The notes below the pieces were generated by a model. That model was not told the origin of the DNA. It did no database searches and worked only from the letters and a program-made list of their open reading frames with translations. The position numbers were made by a program, and so were the translations under genes. From Eledone cirrhosa (taxonomy: Eukaryota): a stretch of DNA of 64,000 nt. Shown piece after piece: positions 11,201-24,000 of this stretch (positions are counted from its first letter, which is position 1; each line of letters opens with the position of its first letter). The stretch spans positions 137,764,001 through 137,828,000 of the forward strand of contig OZ024740.1 in the NCBI GenBank assembly GCA_964016885.1, in the 5' to 3' direction.

Positions 11201-14200
11201 TCTTTCTGTTATCAATTTTCTCTCAATCTCCAATTCTTTCTTTCTCTTATCACTTTTCTCTCAATCTCCAATTCTCTCTTTCTCTTATCACTTTTCCCCC
11301 ATCTCCGATTCTCTCTTTCTCTTATCACTTTTCTCTCAATCTCCAATTCTCTCTTTCTCTTATCACTTTTCTCTCAATCTCTAATTCTCTCTTTCTCTTA
11401 TCACTTTTCTCTCAATCTCCAATTCTCTCTTTCTCTTATCACTTTTCCCCCCAATCTCCAATTCTCTCTTTCTCTTATCACTTTTCTCTCACTCTCCAAT
11501 TCTCTCTTTCTCTTATGACTTTTCCACCAATCTCCAATTCTCTCTTTCTCTTATCACTTTTCTCTCAATCTCCAATTCTCTCTTTCTCTTATGACTTTTC
11601 CCCCAATCTCCAATTATCTCTTTCTCTTATCACTTTAACTCACTCTCCAATTCTCTCTTTCTCTTATCAATTTTCTCTCAATCTCCAATTCTCTCTTTCT
11701 CTTATCACTTTTCCCCCCAATCTCCAATTCTCTCTTTCTCTTATCACTTTTCTCTCACTCTCCAATTCTCTCTTTCTCTTATGACTTTTCCCCCAATCTC
11801 CAATTCTCTCTTTCTCTTATCACTTTTCTCTCAATCTCCAATTCTCTCTTTCTCTTATGACTTTTCCCCCAATCTCCAATTATCTCTTTCTCTTATCACT
11901 TTAACTCACTCTCCAATTCTCTCTTTCTCTTATCAATTTTCTCTCTATCTCCAATTCTTTCTTTCTCTTATCACTTTTCTCTCAATCTCCAATTCTTTCT
12001 TTCTCTAATCCCTTTTCCCCCAATCTCCAATTCTCTCTTTCTCTTATCACTTTTCTCTCAATCTCCAATTCTACTTTTCACTTATCACTTTTTTCTCAAT
12101 CTCCAATTCTCTCTTTCTCTTATCACTTTTCTCTCAATCGCCAATTCTCTCTTTCTCTTATCACCTTTCCCCCAATCTCCAATTCTCTCTTTCTCTTATC
12201 ACTTTTCTCTCAATCTCCAATTCTCTCTTTCTCTTATGACTTTTCCCCCAATCTCCAATTCTCTCTTTCTGTTATCAATTTTCTCTCAATCTCCAATCCT
12301 TTCTTTTTCTTATCACTTTTCTCTCAATCTCCAATTCTCTCTTTCTCTTATCACTTTTCCCCCATCTCCAATTCTGTCTTTCTCTTATCACTTTTCTCTC
12401 AATCTCCAATTCTCTCTTTCTCTTATCACTTTTCTCTCAATCTCCAATTCCCTCTTTCTCTTATCACTTTTCACTCAATCTCTAATTCTCTCTTTCTCCT
12501 ATCACTTTTCTCTCAATCTCCAATTCTCTCTTTCTCTTATCACTTTTCCCCCCAATCTCCAATTCTCTCTTTCTCTTATCACTTTTCTCTCAATCTCCAA
12601 TTCTCTCTTTCTCTTCCAACTTTTCACCCAATCACCAATTCTCTCTTTCTCTTATCACTTTTCCCCCAATCTCCAATTCCCTCTTTCTCTTATCACTTTA
12701 ACTCACTCTCCAATTCTCTCTTTCTCTTATCAATTTTCTCTCAATCTCCAATTCTTTCCTTCTCTAATCACTTTTCCCCCAATCTCCAATTCTCTCTTTC
12801 TCTTATCACTTTTCTCTCAATCTCCAATTCTCTCTTTCTCTTATCACTTTTCCCCCCAATCTCCAATTCTCTCTTTCTCTTATCACTTTTCTCTCACTCT
12901 CCAATTCTCTCTTTCTCTTATGACTTTTCCCCCAATCTCCAATTCTCTCTTTCTCTTATCACTTTTCCCCCATCTCCAATTCTCTCTTTCTCTTATGACT
13001 TTTCCCCCAATCTCCAATTATCTCTTTCTCTTATCACTTTAACTCACTCTCCAATTCTCTCTTTCTCTTATCAATTTTCTCTCAATCTCCAATTCTTTCT
13101 TTCTCTAATCCCTTTTCCCCCAATCTCCAATTCTCTCTTTCTCTTATCCCTTTTCTCTCAATCTCCAATTCTCTCTTTCTTTTCTCACTTTTCCCCCAAT
13201 CTCCAATTCTCTCTTTCTCTTCACACTTTTCCCCCAATCTCCAATTCTCTCTTTCTCTTATCACCTTTCCCCCAATCTCCAATTCTCTCTTTCTCTTATC
13301 CCTTTTCTCTCAATCTCCAATTCTCTCTTTCTTTTCTCACTTTTCCCCCAATCTCCAATTCTGTATTTCTCTACACACAAATCCCCTAATCTCCAATTCT
13401 CTCTTTCACTTATCAATTTTCTCTCAATCTCCAATTCTCTCTTTCTCTTATCACTTTTCTCTCAATCTCCAATTCTCTCTTTCTCTTATCACTTTTCCCC
13501 CCAATCTACAATTCTCTCTTTCTCTTATCACTTTTCTCTCACTCTCCAATTCTCTCTTTCTCTTATGACTTTTCCCCCAATCTCCAATTCTCTCTTTCTC
13601 TTATCCCTTTTCTCTCAATCTCCAATTCTCTCTTTCTTTTCTCACTTTTCCCCCAATCTCCAATTCTCTCTTTCTCTTCACACTTTTCCCCCAATCTCCA
13701 ATTCTCTCTTTCTCTTCACACTTTTCCCCCAATCTCCAATTCTCTCTTTCTCTTATCACTTTTCTCTCAATCTCCAATTCTCCTTTTCACTTATCACTTT
13801 TTTCTCAATCTCCAATTCTCTCTTTCTCTTATCACTTTTCTCTCAATCTCCAATTCTCTCTTTCTCTTATCACTTTTCCCCCAATCTCCAATTCTCTCTT
13901 TCTCTTATCACCTTTCCCCCAATCTCCAATTCTCTCTTTCTCTTATCACTTTTCTCTCAATCTCCAATTCTCTCTTTCTCTTATGACTTTTCCCCCAATC
14001 TCCAATTCTCTCTTTCTGTTATCAATTTTCTCTCAATCTCCAATTCTTTCTTTCTCTTATCACTTTTCTCTCAATCTCCAATTCTCTCTTTCTCTTATCA
14101 CTTTTCCCCCATCTCCAATTCTGTCTTTCTCTTATCACTTTTCTCTCAATCTCCAATTCTCTCTTTCTCTTATCACTTTTCCCCCAATCTCCAATTCTTT

Positions 14201-17200
14201 CTTTCTCTAATCACTTTTCCCCCAATCTCCAATTCTCTCTTTCTCTTATCACTTTTCTCTCAATCTCCAATTCTCTCTTTCTCTTATCACTTTCCCCCCA
14301 ATCTCCAAATCTCTCTTTCTCTTATCACTTTTCTCTCAATCTCCAATTCTGTCTTTCTATTCTCACATTTCCCCCAATCTCCAATTCTCTCTTTCTCTCA
14401 TCACTTTTCTCTGAATCTCCAATTCTCTCTTAATCTTCTCACTTTTCTCTCAATCTCCAATCCTCTCTTTCTGTTCTCAGTTTACTCCCAATCTACAATT
14501 CTCTCTTTCCCTCATCACTTTTCTCTCAATCTCCAATTCTCTCTTTCTCTTATCACTTTTCCCCCAATCTCCAATTCTCTCTTTCTATTATCACTTTTCT
14601 CTCAATCTCCAATTCTCTCTTTCTCTTATCACCTTTCCCCAATCTCCAATTCTCTCTTTCTCTTATCACTTTTCTCTCAATCTCCAATTCTTTCCTTCTC
14701 TAATCACTTTTCCCCCAATCTCCAATTCTCTCTTTCTCTTATCACTTTTCTCTCAATCTCCAATTCTCTCTTTCTCTTATCACTTTTCCCCCAATCTCCA
14801 ATTCTCTCTTTCTCTTATCACCTTTCCCCCAATCTCCAATTCTCTCTTTCTCTTATCACTTTTCTCTCAATCTCCAATTCTCTCTTTCTCTTATGACTTT
14901 TCCCCCAATCTCCAATTCTCTCTTTCTGTTATCAATTTTCTCTCTATCTCCAATTCTTTCTTTCTCTTATCACTTTTCTCTCAATCTCCAATTCTCTCTT
15001 TCTCTTATCACTTTTCCCCCATCTCCAATTCTCTCTTTCTCTTATCACTTTTCTCTCAATCTCCAATTCTCTCTTTCTCTTATCACGTTTCTCTCAATCT
15101 CTAATTCTCTCTTTCTCTTATCACTTTTGTATCAATCTCCAATTCTCTCTTTCTCTTATCACTTTTCCCCCCAATCTCCAATTCTCTCTTTCTCTTATCA
15201 CTTTTCTCTCACTCTCCAATTCTCTCTTTCTCTTATGACTTTTCCCCCAATCTCCAATTCTCTCTTTCTCTTATCACTTTTCTCTCAATCTCCAATTCTC
15301 TCTTTCTCTTATGACTTTTCTCCCAATCTCCAATTATCTCTTTCTCTTATCACTTTAACTCACTCTCCAATTCTCTCTTTCTCTTATCAATTTTCTCTCT
15401 ATCTCCAATTCTTTCTTTCTCTTATCACTTTTCTCTCAATCTCCAATTCTTTCTTTCTCTAATCCCTTTTCCCCCAATCTCCAATTCTCTCTTTCTCTTA
15501 TCACTTTTCTCTCAATCTCCAATTCTACTTTTCACTTATCACTTTTTTCTCAATCTCCAATTCTCTCTTTCTCTTATCACTTTTCTCTCAATCGCCAATT
15601 CTCTCTTTCTCTTATCACCTTTCCCCCAATCTCCAATTCTCTCTTTCTCTTATCACTTTTCTCTCAATCTCCAATTCTCTCTTTCTCTTATGACTTTTCC
15701 CCCAATCTCCAATTCTCTCTTTCTGTTATCAATTTTCTCTCAATCTCCAATCCTTTCTTTTTCTTATCACTTTTCTCTCAATCTCCAATTCTCTCTTTCT
15801 CTTATCACTTTTCCCCCATCTCCAATTCTGTCTTTCTCTTATCACTTTTCTCTCAATCTCCAATTCTCTCTTTCTCTTATCACTTTTCTCTCAATCTCCA
15901 ATTCCCTCTTTCTCTTATCACTTTTCACTCAATCTCTAATTCTCTCTTTCTCCTATCACTTTTCTCTCAATCTCCAATTCTCTCTTTCTCTTATCACTTT
16001 TCCCCCCAATCTCCAATTCTCTCTTTCTCTTATCACTTTTCTCTCAATCTCCAATTCTCTCTTTCTCTTCCAACTTTTCACCCAATCACCAATTCTCTCT
16101 TTCTCTTATCACTTTTCCCCCAATCTCCAATTCCCTCTTTCTCTTATCACTTTAACTCACTCTCCAATTCTCTCTTTCTCTTATCAATTTTCTCTCAATC
16201 TCCAATTCTTTCCTTCTCTAATCACTTTTCCCCCAATCTCCAATTCTCTCTTTCTCTTATCACTTTTCTCTCAATCTCCAATTCTCCTTTTCACTTATCA
16301 CTTTTTTCTCAATCTCCAATTCTCTCTTTCTCTTATCACTTTTCTCTCAATCTCCAATTCTCTCTTTCTCTTATCACTTTTCCCCCAATCTCCAATTCTC
16401 TCTTTCTCTTATCACCTTTCCCCCAATCTCCAATTCTCTCTTTCTCTTATCACTTTTCTCTCAATCTCCAATTCTCTCTTTCTCTTATGACTTTTCCCCC
16501 AATCTCCAATTCTCTCTTTCTGTTATCAATTTTCTCTCAATCTCCAATTCTTTCTTTCTCTTTTCACTTTTCTCTCAATCTCCAATTCTCTCTTTCTCTT
16601 ATCACTTTTCCCCCATCTCCAATTCTGTCTTTCTCTTATCACTTTTCTCTCAATCTCCAATTCTCTCTTTCTCTTATCACTTTTCCCCCAATCTCCAATT
16701 CTCTCTTTCTCTTATCAATTTTCTCTCAATCTCCAATTCTTTCTTTCTCTAATCACTTTTCCCCCAATCTCCAATTCTCTCTTTCTCTTATCACTTTTCT
16801 CTCACTCTCCAATTCTCTCTTTCTCTTATCACTTTTCCCCCAATCTCCAATTCTCTCTTTCTCTTATCAATATTCTCTCAATCTCCAATTCTTTCCTTCT
16901 CTAATCACTTTTCCCCCAATCTCCAATTCTCTCTTTCTCTTATCACTTTTCTCTCAATCTCCAATTCTCTCTTTCTCTTATCACTTTTCCCCCAATCTCC
17001 AATTCTCTCTTTCTCTCATCACTTTTCTCTCAATCTCCAATTCTCTCTTTCTCTCCTCACATTTCTCTGAATCTCCAATTCTCTCTTAATCTTCTCACTT
17101 TTCTCTCAATCTCCAATCCTCTCTTTCTGTTCTCAGTTTACTCCCAATCTACAATTCTCTCTTTCCCTCATCACTTTTCTCTCAATCTCCAATTCTCTCT

Positions 17201-19248
17201 TTCTCTTATCACTTTTCCCCCAATCTCCAATTCTCTCTTTCTATTATCACTTTTCTCTCAATCTCCAATTCTCTCTTTCTCTTATCACCTTTCCCCCAAT
17301 CTCCAATTCTCTCTTTCTCTTATCACTTTTCTCTCAATCTCCAATTCTTTCCTTCTCTAATCACTTTTCCCCCAATCTCCAATTTTCTCTTTCTCTTATC
17401 ACTTTTCTCTCAATCTCCAATTCTCTCTTTCTCTTATCACTTTTCTCTCAATCTCCAATTCTCTCTTTCTCTTATCACTTTTCCCCCAATCTCCAATTCT
17501 CTCTTTCTCTTATCACTTTTCCCCCAATCTCCAATTCTCTCTTTCTATTATCACTTTTCTCTCAATCTCCAATTCTCTCTTTCTCTTATGACTTTTCCCC
17601 CCTATCTCCAATTCTCTCTTTCTGTTATCAATTTTCTCTCAATCTCCAATTCTTTCTTTCTCTTATCACTTTTCTCTCAATCTCCAATTCTCTCTTTCTC
17701 TTATCACTTTTCCCCCATCTCCGATTCTCTCTTTCTCTTATCACTTTTCTCTCAATCTCCAATTCTCTCTTTCTCTTATCACTTTTCTCTCAATCTCTAA
17801 TTCTCTCTTTCTCTTATCACTTTTCTCTCAATCTCCAATTCTCTCTTTCTCTTATCACTTTTCCCCCCAATCTCCAATTCTCTCTTTCTCTTATCACTTT
17901 TCTCTCACTCTCCAATTCTCTCTTTCTCTTATGACTTTTCCACCAATCTCCAATTCTCTCTTTCTCTTATCACTTTTCTCTCAATCTCCAATTCTCTCTT
18001 TCTCTTATGACTTTTCCCCCAATCTCCAATTATCTCTTTCTCTTATCACTTTAACTCACTCTCCAATTCTCTCTTTCTCTTATCAATTTTCTCTCAATCT
18101 CCAATTCTCTCTTTCTCTTATCACTTTTCCCCCCAATCTCCAATTCTCTCTTTCTCTTATCACTTTTCTCTCACTCTCCAATTCTCTCTTTCTCTTATGA
18201 CTTTTCCCCCAATCTCCAATTCTCTCTTTCTCTTATCACTTTTCTCTCAATCTCCAATTCTCTCTTTCTCTTATGACTTTTCCCCCAATCTCCAATTATC
18301 TCTTTCTCTTATCACTTTAACTCACTCTCCAATTCTCTCTTTCTCTTATCAATTTTCTCTCTATCTCCAATTCTTTCTTTCTCTTATCACTTTTCTCTCA
18401 ATCTCCAATTCTTTCTTTCTCTAATCCCTTTTCCCCCAATCTCCAATTCTCTCTTTCTCTTATCACTTTTCTCTCAATCTCCAATTCTACTTTTCACTTA
18501 TCACTTTTTTCTCAATCTCCAATTCTCTCTTTCTCTTATCACTTTTCTCTCAATCGCCAATTCTCTCTTTCTCTTATCACCTTTCCCCCAATCTCCAATT
18601 CTCTCTTTCTCTTATCACTTTTCTCTCAATCTCCAATTCTCTCTTTCTCTTATGACTTTTCCCCCAATCTCCAATTCTCTCTTTCTGTTATCAATTTTCT
18701 CTCAATCTCCAATCCTTTCTTTTTCTTATCACTTTTCTCTCAATCTCCAATTCTCTCTTTCTCTTATCACTTTTCCCCCATCTCCAATTCTGTCTTTCTC
18801 TTATCACTTTTCTCTCAATCTCCAATTCTCTCTTTCTCTTATCACTTTTCTCTCAATCTCCAATTCCCTCTTTCTCTTATCACTTTTCACTCAATCTCTA
18901 ATTCTCTCTTTCTCCTATCACTTTTCTCTCAATCTCCAATTCTCTCTTTCTCTTATCACTTTTCCCCCCAATCTCCAATTCTCTCTTTCTCTTATCACTT
19001 TTCTCTCAATCTCCAATTCTCTCTTTCTCTTCCAACTTTTCACCCAATCACCAATTCTCTCTTTCTCTTATCACTTTTCCCCCAATCTCCAATTCCCTCT
19101 TTCTCTTATCACTTTAACTCACTCTCCAATTCTCTCTTTCTCTTATCAATTTTCTCTCAATCTCCAATTCTTTCCTTCTCTAATCACTTTTCCCCCAATC
19201 TCCAATTCTCTCTTTCTCTTATCACTTTTCTCTCAATCTCCAATTCTC
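6385..19248. repeat. Tandem duplication of a 6416-bp (~169-monomer) unit: ~6385-12800 and ~12801-19248
   Basis: Ten ORF-track starts recur at exactly +6416 (6666/13082, 7149/13565, 7567/13983, 8477/14893, 9274/15690, 10071/16487, 11172/17588, 11515/17931, 11781/18197, 12236/18652). Rare variants such as TCACGTTT, TTTTGTATC and TCAATATT also recur at this offset. Confidence 0.95.
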
Positions 19249-21070
19249 CTTTTCACTTATCACTTTTTTCTCAATCTCCAATTCTCTCTTTCTCTTATCA
19301 CTTTTCTCTCAATCTCCAATTCTCTCTTTCTCTTATCACTTTTCCCCCAATCTCCAATTCTCTCTTTCTCTTATCACCTTTCCCCCAATCTCCAATTCTC
19401 TCTTTCTCTTATCACTTTTCTCTCAATCTCCAATTCTCTCTTTCTCTTATGACTTTTCCCCCAATCTCCAATTCTCTCTTTCTGTTATCAATTTTCTCTC
19501 AATCTCCAATTCTTTCTTTCTCTTTTCACTTTTCTCTCAATCTCCAATTCTCTCTTTCTCTTATCACTTTTCCCCCATCTCCAATTCTGTCTTTCTCTTA
19601 TCACTTTTCTCTCAATCTCCAATTCTCTCTTTCTCTTATCACTTTTCCCCCAATCTCCAATTCTCTCTTTCTCTTATCAATTTTCTCTCAATCTCCAATT
19701 CTTTCTTTCTCTAATCACTTTTCCCCCAATCTCCAATTCTCTCTTTCTCTTATCACTTTTCTCTCACTCTCCAATTCTCTCTTTCTCTTATCACTTTTCC
19801 CCCAATCTCCAATTCTCTCTTTCTCTTATCAATATTCTCTCAATCTCCAATTCTTTCCTTCTCTAATCACTTTTCCCCCAATCTCCAATTCTCTCTTTCT
19901 CTTATCACTTTTCTCTCAATCTCCAATTCTCTCTTTCTCTTATCACTTTTCCCCCAATCTCCAATTCTCTCTTTCTCTCATCACTTTTCTCTCAATCTCC
20001 AATTCTCTCTTTCTCTCCTCACATTTCTCTGAATCTCCAATTCTCTCTTAATCTTCTCACTTTTCTCTCAATCTCCAATCCTCTCTTTCTGTTCTCAGTT
20101 TACTCCCAATCTACAATTCTCTCTTTCCCTCATCACTTTTCTCTCAATCTCCAATTCTCTCTTTCTCTTATCACTTTTCCCCCAATCTCCAATTCTCTCT
20201 TTCTATTATCACTTTTCTCTCAATCTCCAATTCTCTCTTTCTCTTATCACCTTTCCCCCAATCTCCAATTCTCTCTTTCTCTTATCACTTTTCTCTCAAT
20301 CTCCAATTCTTTCCTTCTCTAATCACTTTTCCCCCAATCTCCAATTTTCTCTTTCTCTTATCACTTTTCTCTCAATCTCCAATTCTCTCTTTCTCTTATC
20401 ACTTTTCTCTCAATCTCCAATTCTCTCTTTCTCTTATCACTTTTCCCCCAATCTCCAATTCTCTCTTTCTCTTATCACTTTTCCCCCAATCTCCAATTCT
20501 CTCTTTCTATTATCACTTTTCTCTCAATCTCCAATTCTCTCTTTCTCTTATGACTTTTCCCCCCTATCTCCAATTCTCTCTTTCTGTTATCAATTTTCTC
20601 TCAATCTCCAATTCTTTCTTTCTCTTATCACTTTTCTCTCAATCTCCAATTCTCTCTTTCTCTTATCACTTTTCCCCCATCTCCGATTCTCTCTTTCTCT
20701 TATCACTTTTCTCTCAATCTCCAATTCTCTCTTTCTCTTATCACTTTTCTCTCAATCTCTAATTCTCTCTTTCTCTTATCACTTTTCTCTCAATCTCCAA
20801 TTCTCTCTTTCTCTTATCACTTTTCCCCCCAATCTCCAATTCTCTCTTTCTCTTATCACTTTTCTCTCACTCTCCAATTCTCTCTTTCTCTTATGACTTT
20901 TCCACCAATCTCCAATTCTCTCTTTCTCTTATCACTTTTCTCTCAATCTCCAATTCTCTCTTTCTCTTATGACTTTTCCCCCAATCTCCAATTATCTCTT
21001 TCTCTTATCACTTTAACTCACTCTCCAATTCTCTCTTTCTCTTATCAATTTTCTCTCAATCTCCAATTCT
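15135..21070. repeat. Tandem duplication of a 2962-bp (78-monomer) unit; further full and partial copies at ~8719-11680 and ~11681-12832
   Basis: ORF starts 15690/18652, 16487/19449, 17588/20550, 17931/20893 and 9274/12236 all differ by 2962. The TGAATC marker is at 17069/20031. Confidence 0.93.
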
Positions 21071-24000
21071 TTCTTTCTCTAATCCCTTTTCCCCCAATCT
21101 CCAATTCTCTCTTTCTCTTATCACTTTTCTCTCAATCTCCAATTCTCCTTTTCACTTATCACTTTTTTCTCAATCTCCAATTCTCTCTTTCTTTTATCAC
21201 TTTTCTCTCAATCTCCAATTCTCTCTTTCTCTTATGACTTTTCCCCCAATCTCCAATTCTCTCTTTCTGTTATCAATTTTCTCTCAATCTCCAATCCTTT
21301 CTTTCTCTTATCACTTTTCTCTCAATCTCCAATTCTCTCTTTCTCTTATCACTTTTCTCTCAATCTCCAATTCCCTCTTTCTCTTATCACTTTTCTCTCA
21401 ATCTCTAATTCTCTCTTTCTCCTATCACTTTTCTCTCAATCTCCAATTCTCTCTTTCTCTTATCACTTTTCCCCCCAATCTCCAATTCTCTCTTTCTCTT
21501 ATCACTTTTCTCTCAATCTCCAATTCTCTCTTTCTCTTCCAACTTTTCACCCAATCACCAATTCTCTCTTTCTCTTATCACTTTTCCCCCAATCTCCAAT
21601 TCTCTCTTTCTCTTATCAATTTTCTCTCAATCTCCAATTCTTTCCTTCTCTAATCACTTTTCCCCCAATCTCCAATTATCTCTTTCTCTTATCACTTTAA
21701 CTCACTCTCCAATTCTCTCTTTCTCTTATCAATTTTCTCTCAATCTCGAATTCTTTCTTTCTCTAATCCCTTTTCCCCCAATCTCCAATTCTCTCTTTCT
21801 CTTATCACTTTTCTCTCAATCTCCAATTCTCCTTTTCACTTATCACTTTTTTCTCAATCACCAATTCTCTCTTTCTCTTATCACTTTTCTCTCAATCGCC
21901 AATTCTCTCTTTCTCTTATCACTTTTACCCCAATCTCCAATTCTCTCTTTCTCTCATCACCTTTCCCCCAATCTCCAATTCTCTCTTTCTCTTATCACTT
22001 TTCTCTCAATCTCCAATTCTCTCTTTCTCTTATGACTTTTCCCCCAATCTCCAATTCTCTCTTTCTGTTATCAATTTTCTCTCAATCTCCAATCCTTTCT
22101 TTCTCTTATCACTTTTCTCTCAATCTCCAATTCTCTCTTTCTCTTATCACTTTTCCCCCATCTCCAATTCTGTCTTTCTCTTATCACTTTTCTCTCAATC
22201 TCCAATTCTCTCTTTCTCTTATCACTTTTCTCTCAATCTCCAATTCCCTCTTTCTCTTATTACTTTTCTCTCAATCTCTAATTCTCTCTTTCTCCTATCA
22301 CTTTTCTCTCAATCTCCAATTCTCTCTTTCTCTTATCACTTTTCCCCCCAATCTCCAATTCTCTCTTTCTCTTATAACTTTTCTCTCAATCTCCAATTCT
22401 CTCTTTCTCTTCCAACTTTTCACCCAATCACCAATTCTCTCTTTCTCTTATCACTTTTCCCTCAATCTCCAATTCTCTCTTTCTCTTATCACTTTAACTC
22501 ACTCTCCAATTCTCTCTTTCTCTTATCACTTTTCCCCCAATCTCCAATTCTCTCCTTCTCTTATCAATTTTCTCTCAATCTCCAATTCTTTCCTTCTCTA
22601 ATCACTTTTCCCCCAATCTCCAATTCTCTCTTTCTCTTATCACTTTTCTCTCAATCTCCAATTCTCCTTTTCACTTATCACTTTTTTCTCAATCTCCAAT
22701 TCTCTCTTTCTCTTATCACTTTTCTCTCAATCTCCAATTCTCTCTTTCTCTTATCACTTTTCCCCCAATCTCCAATTCTCTCTTTCTCTTATCATCTTTC
22801 CCCCAATCTCCAATTCTCTCTTTCTCTTATCACTTTTCTCTCAATCTCCAATTCTCTCTTTCTCTTATGACTTTTCCCCCATCTCCAATTCTCTCTTTCT
22901 CTTATCACTTTTCTCTCAATCTCCAATTCTCTCTTTCTCTTATCACTTTTCCCCCAATCTCCAATTCTCTCTTTCTCTTATCACTTTTCCCCCAATCTCC
23001 AATTCTCTCTTTCTATTATCACTTTTCTCTCAATCTCCAATTCTCTCTTTCTCTTATGACTTTTCCCCCCTATCTCCAATTCTCTCTTTCTGTTATCAAT
23101 TTTCTCTCAATCTCCAATTCTTTCTTTCTCTTATCACTTTTCTCTCAATCTCCAATTCTCTCTTTCTCTTATCACTTTTCCCCCATCTCCGATTCTCTCT
23201 TTCTCTTATCACTTTTCTCTCAATCTCCAATTCTCTCTTTCTCTTATCACTTTTCTCTCAATCTCCAATTCTCTCTTTCTCTTATCACTTTTCTCTCAAT
23301 CTCCAATTCTTTCTTTCTCTAATCCCTTTTCCCCCAATCTCCAATTCTCTCTTTCTCTTATCACTTTTCTCTCAATCTCCAATTCTCCTTTTCACTTATC
23401 ACTTTTTTCTCAATCTCCAATTCTCTCTTTCTTTTATCACTTTTCTCTCAATCTCCAATTCTCTCTTTCTCTTATGACTTTTCCCCCAATCTCCAATTCT
23501 CTCTTTCTGTTATCAATTTTCTCTCAATCTCCAATCCTTTCTTTCTCTTATCACTTTTCTCTCAATCTCCAATTCTCTCTTTCTCTTATCACTTTTCTCT
23601 CAATCTCCAATTCCCTCTTTCTCTTATCACTTTTCTCTCAATCTCTAATTCTCTCTTTCTCCTATCACTTTTCTCTCAATCTCCAATTCTCTCTTTCTCT
23701 TATCACTTTTCCCCCCAATCTCCAATTCTCTCTTTCTCTTATCACTTTTCTCTCAATCTCCAATTCTCTCTTTCTCTTCCAACTTTTCACCCAATCACCA
23801 ATTCTCTCTTTCTCTTATCACTTTTCCCCCAATCTCCAATTCTCTCTTTCTCTTATCAATTTTCTCTCAATCTCCAATTCTTTCCTTCTCTAATCACTTT
23901 TCCCCCAATCTCCAATTATCTCTTTCTCTTATCACTTTAACTCACTCTCCAATTCTCTCTTTCTCTTATCAATTTTCTCTCAATCTCGAATTCTTTCTTT

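Noticed and set aside
3841-13282. Short minus-strand E/R/K-rich ORFs (3841-4050, 6666-6866, 13082-13282), and the idea of a long charged protein under a stop-reassigned genetic code (TGA/TGG alternate at the CTCT/CCCC site)
   Set aside because: The minus-strand consensus has TGATAA plus a junction TGA, hit every 114 bp. TAA remains a stop in code 4. The ORFs appear only where indels or variants happen to skip the stops, and the 38-bp period cycles through all frames.
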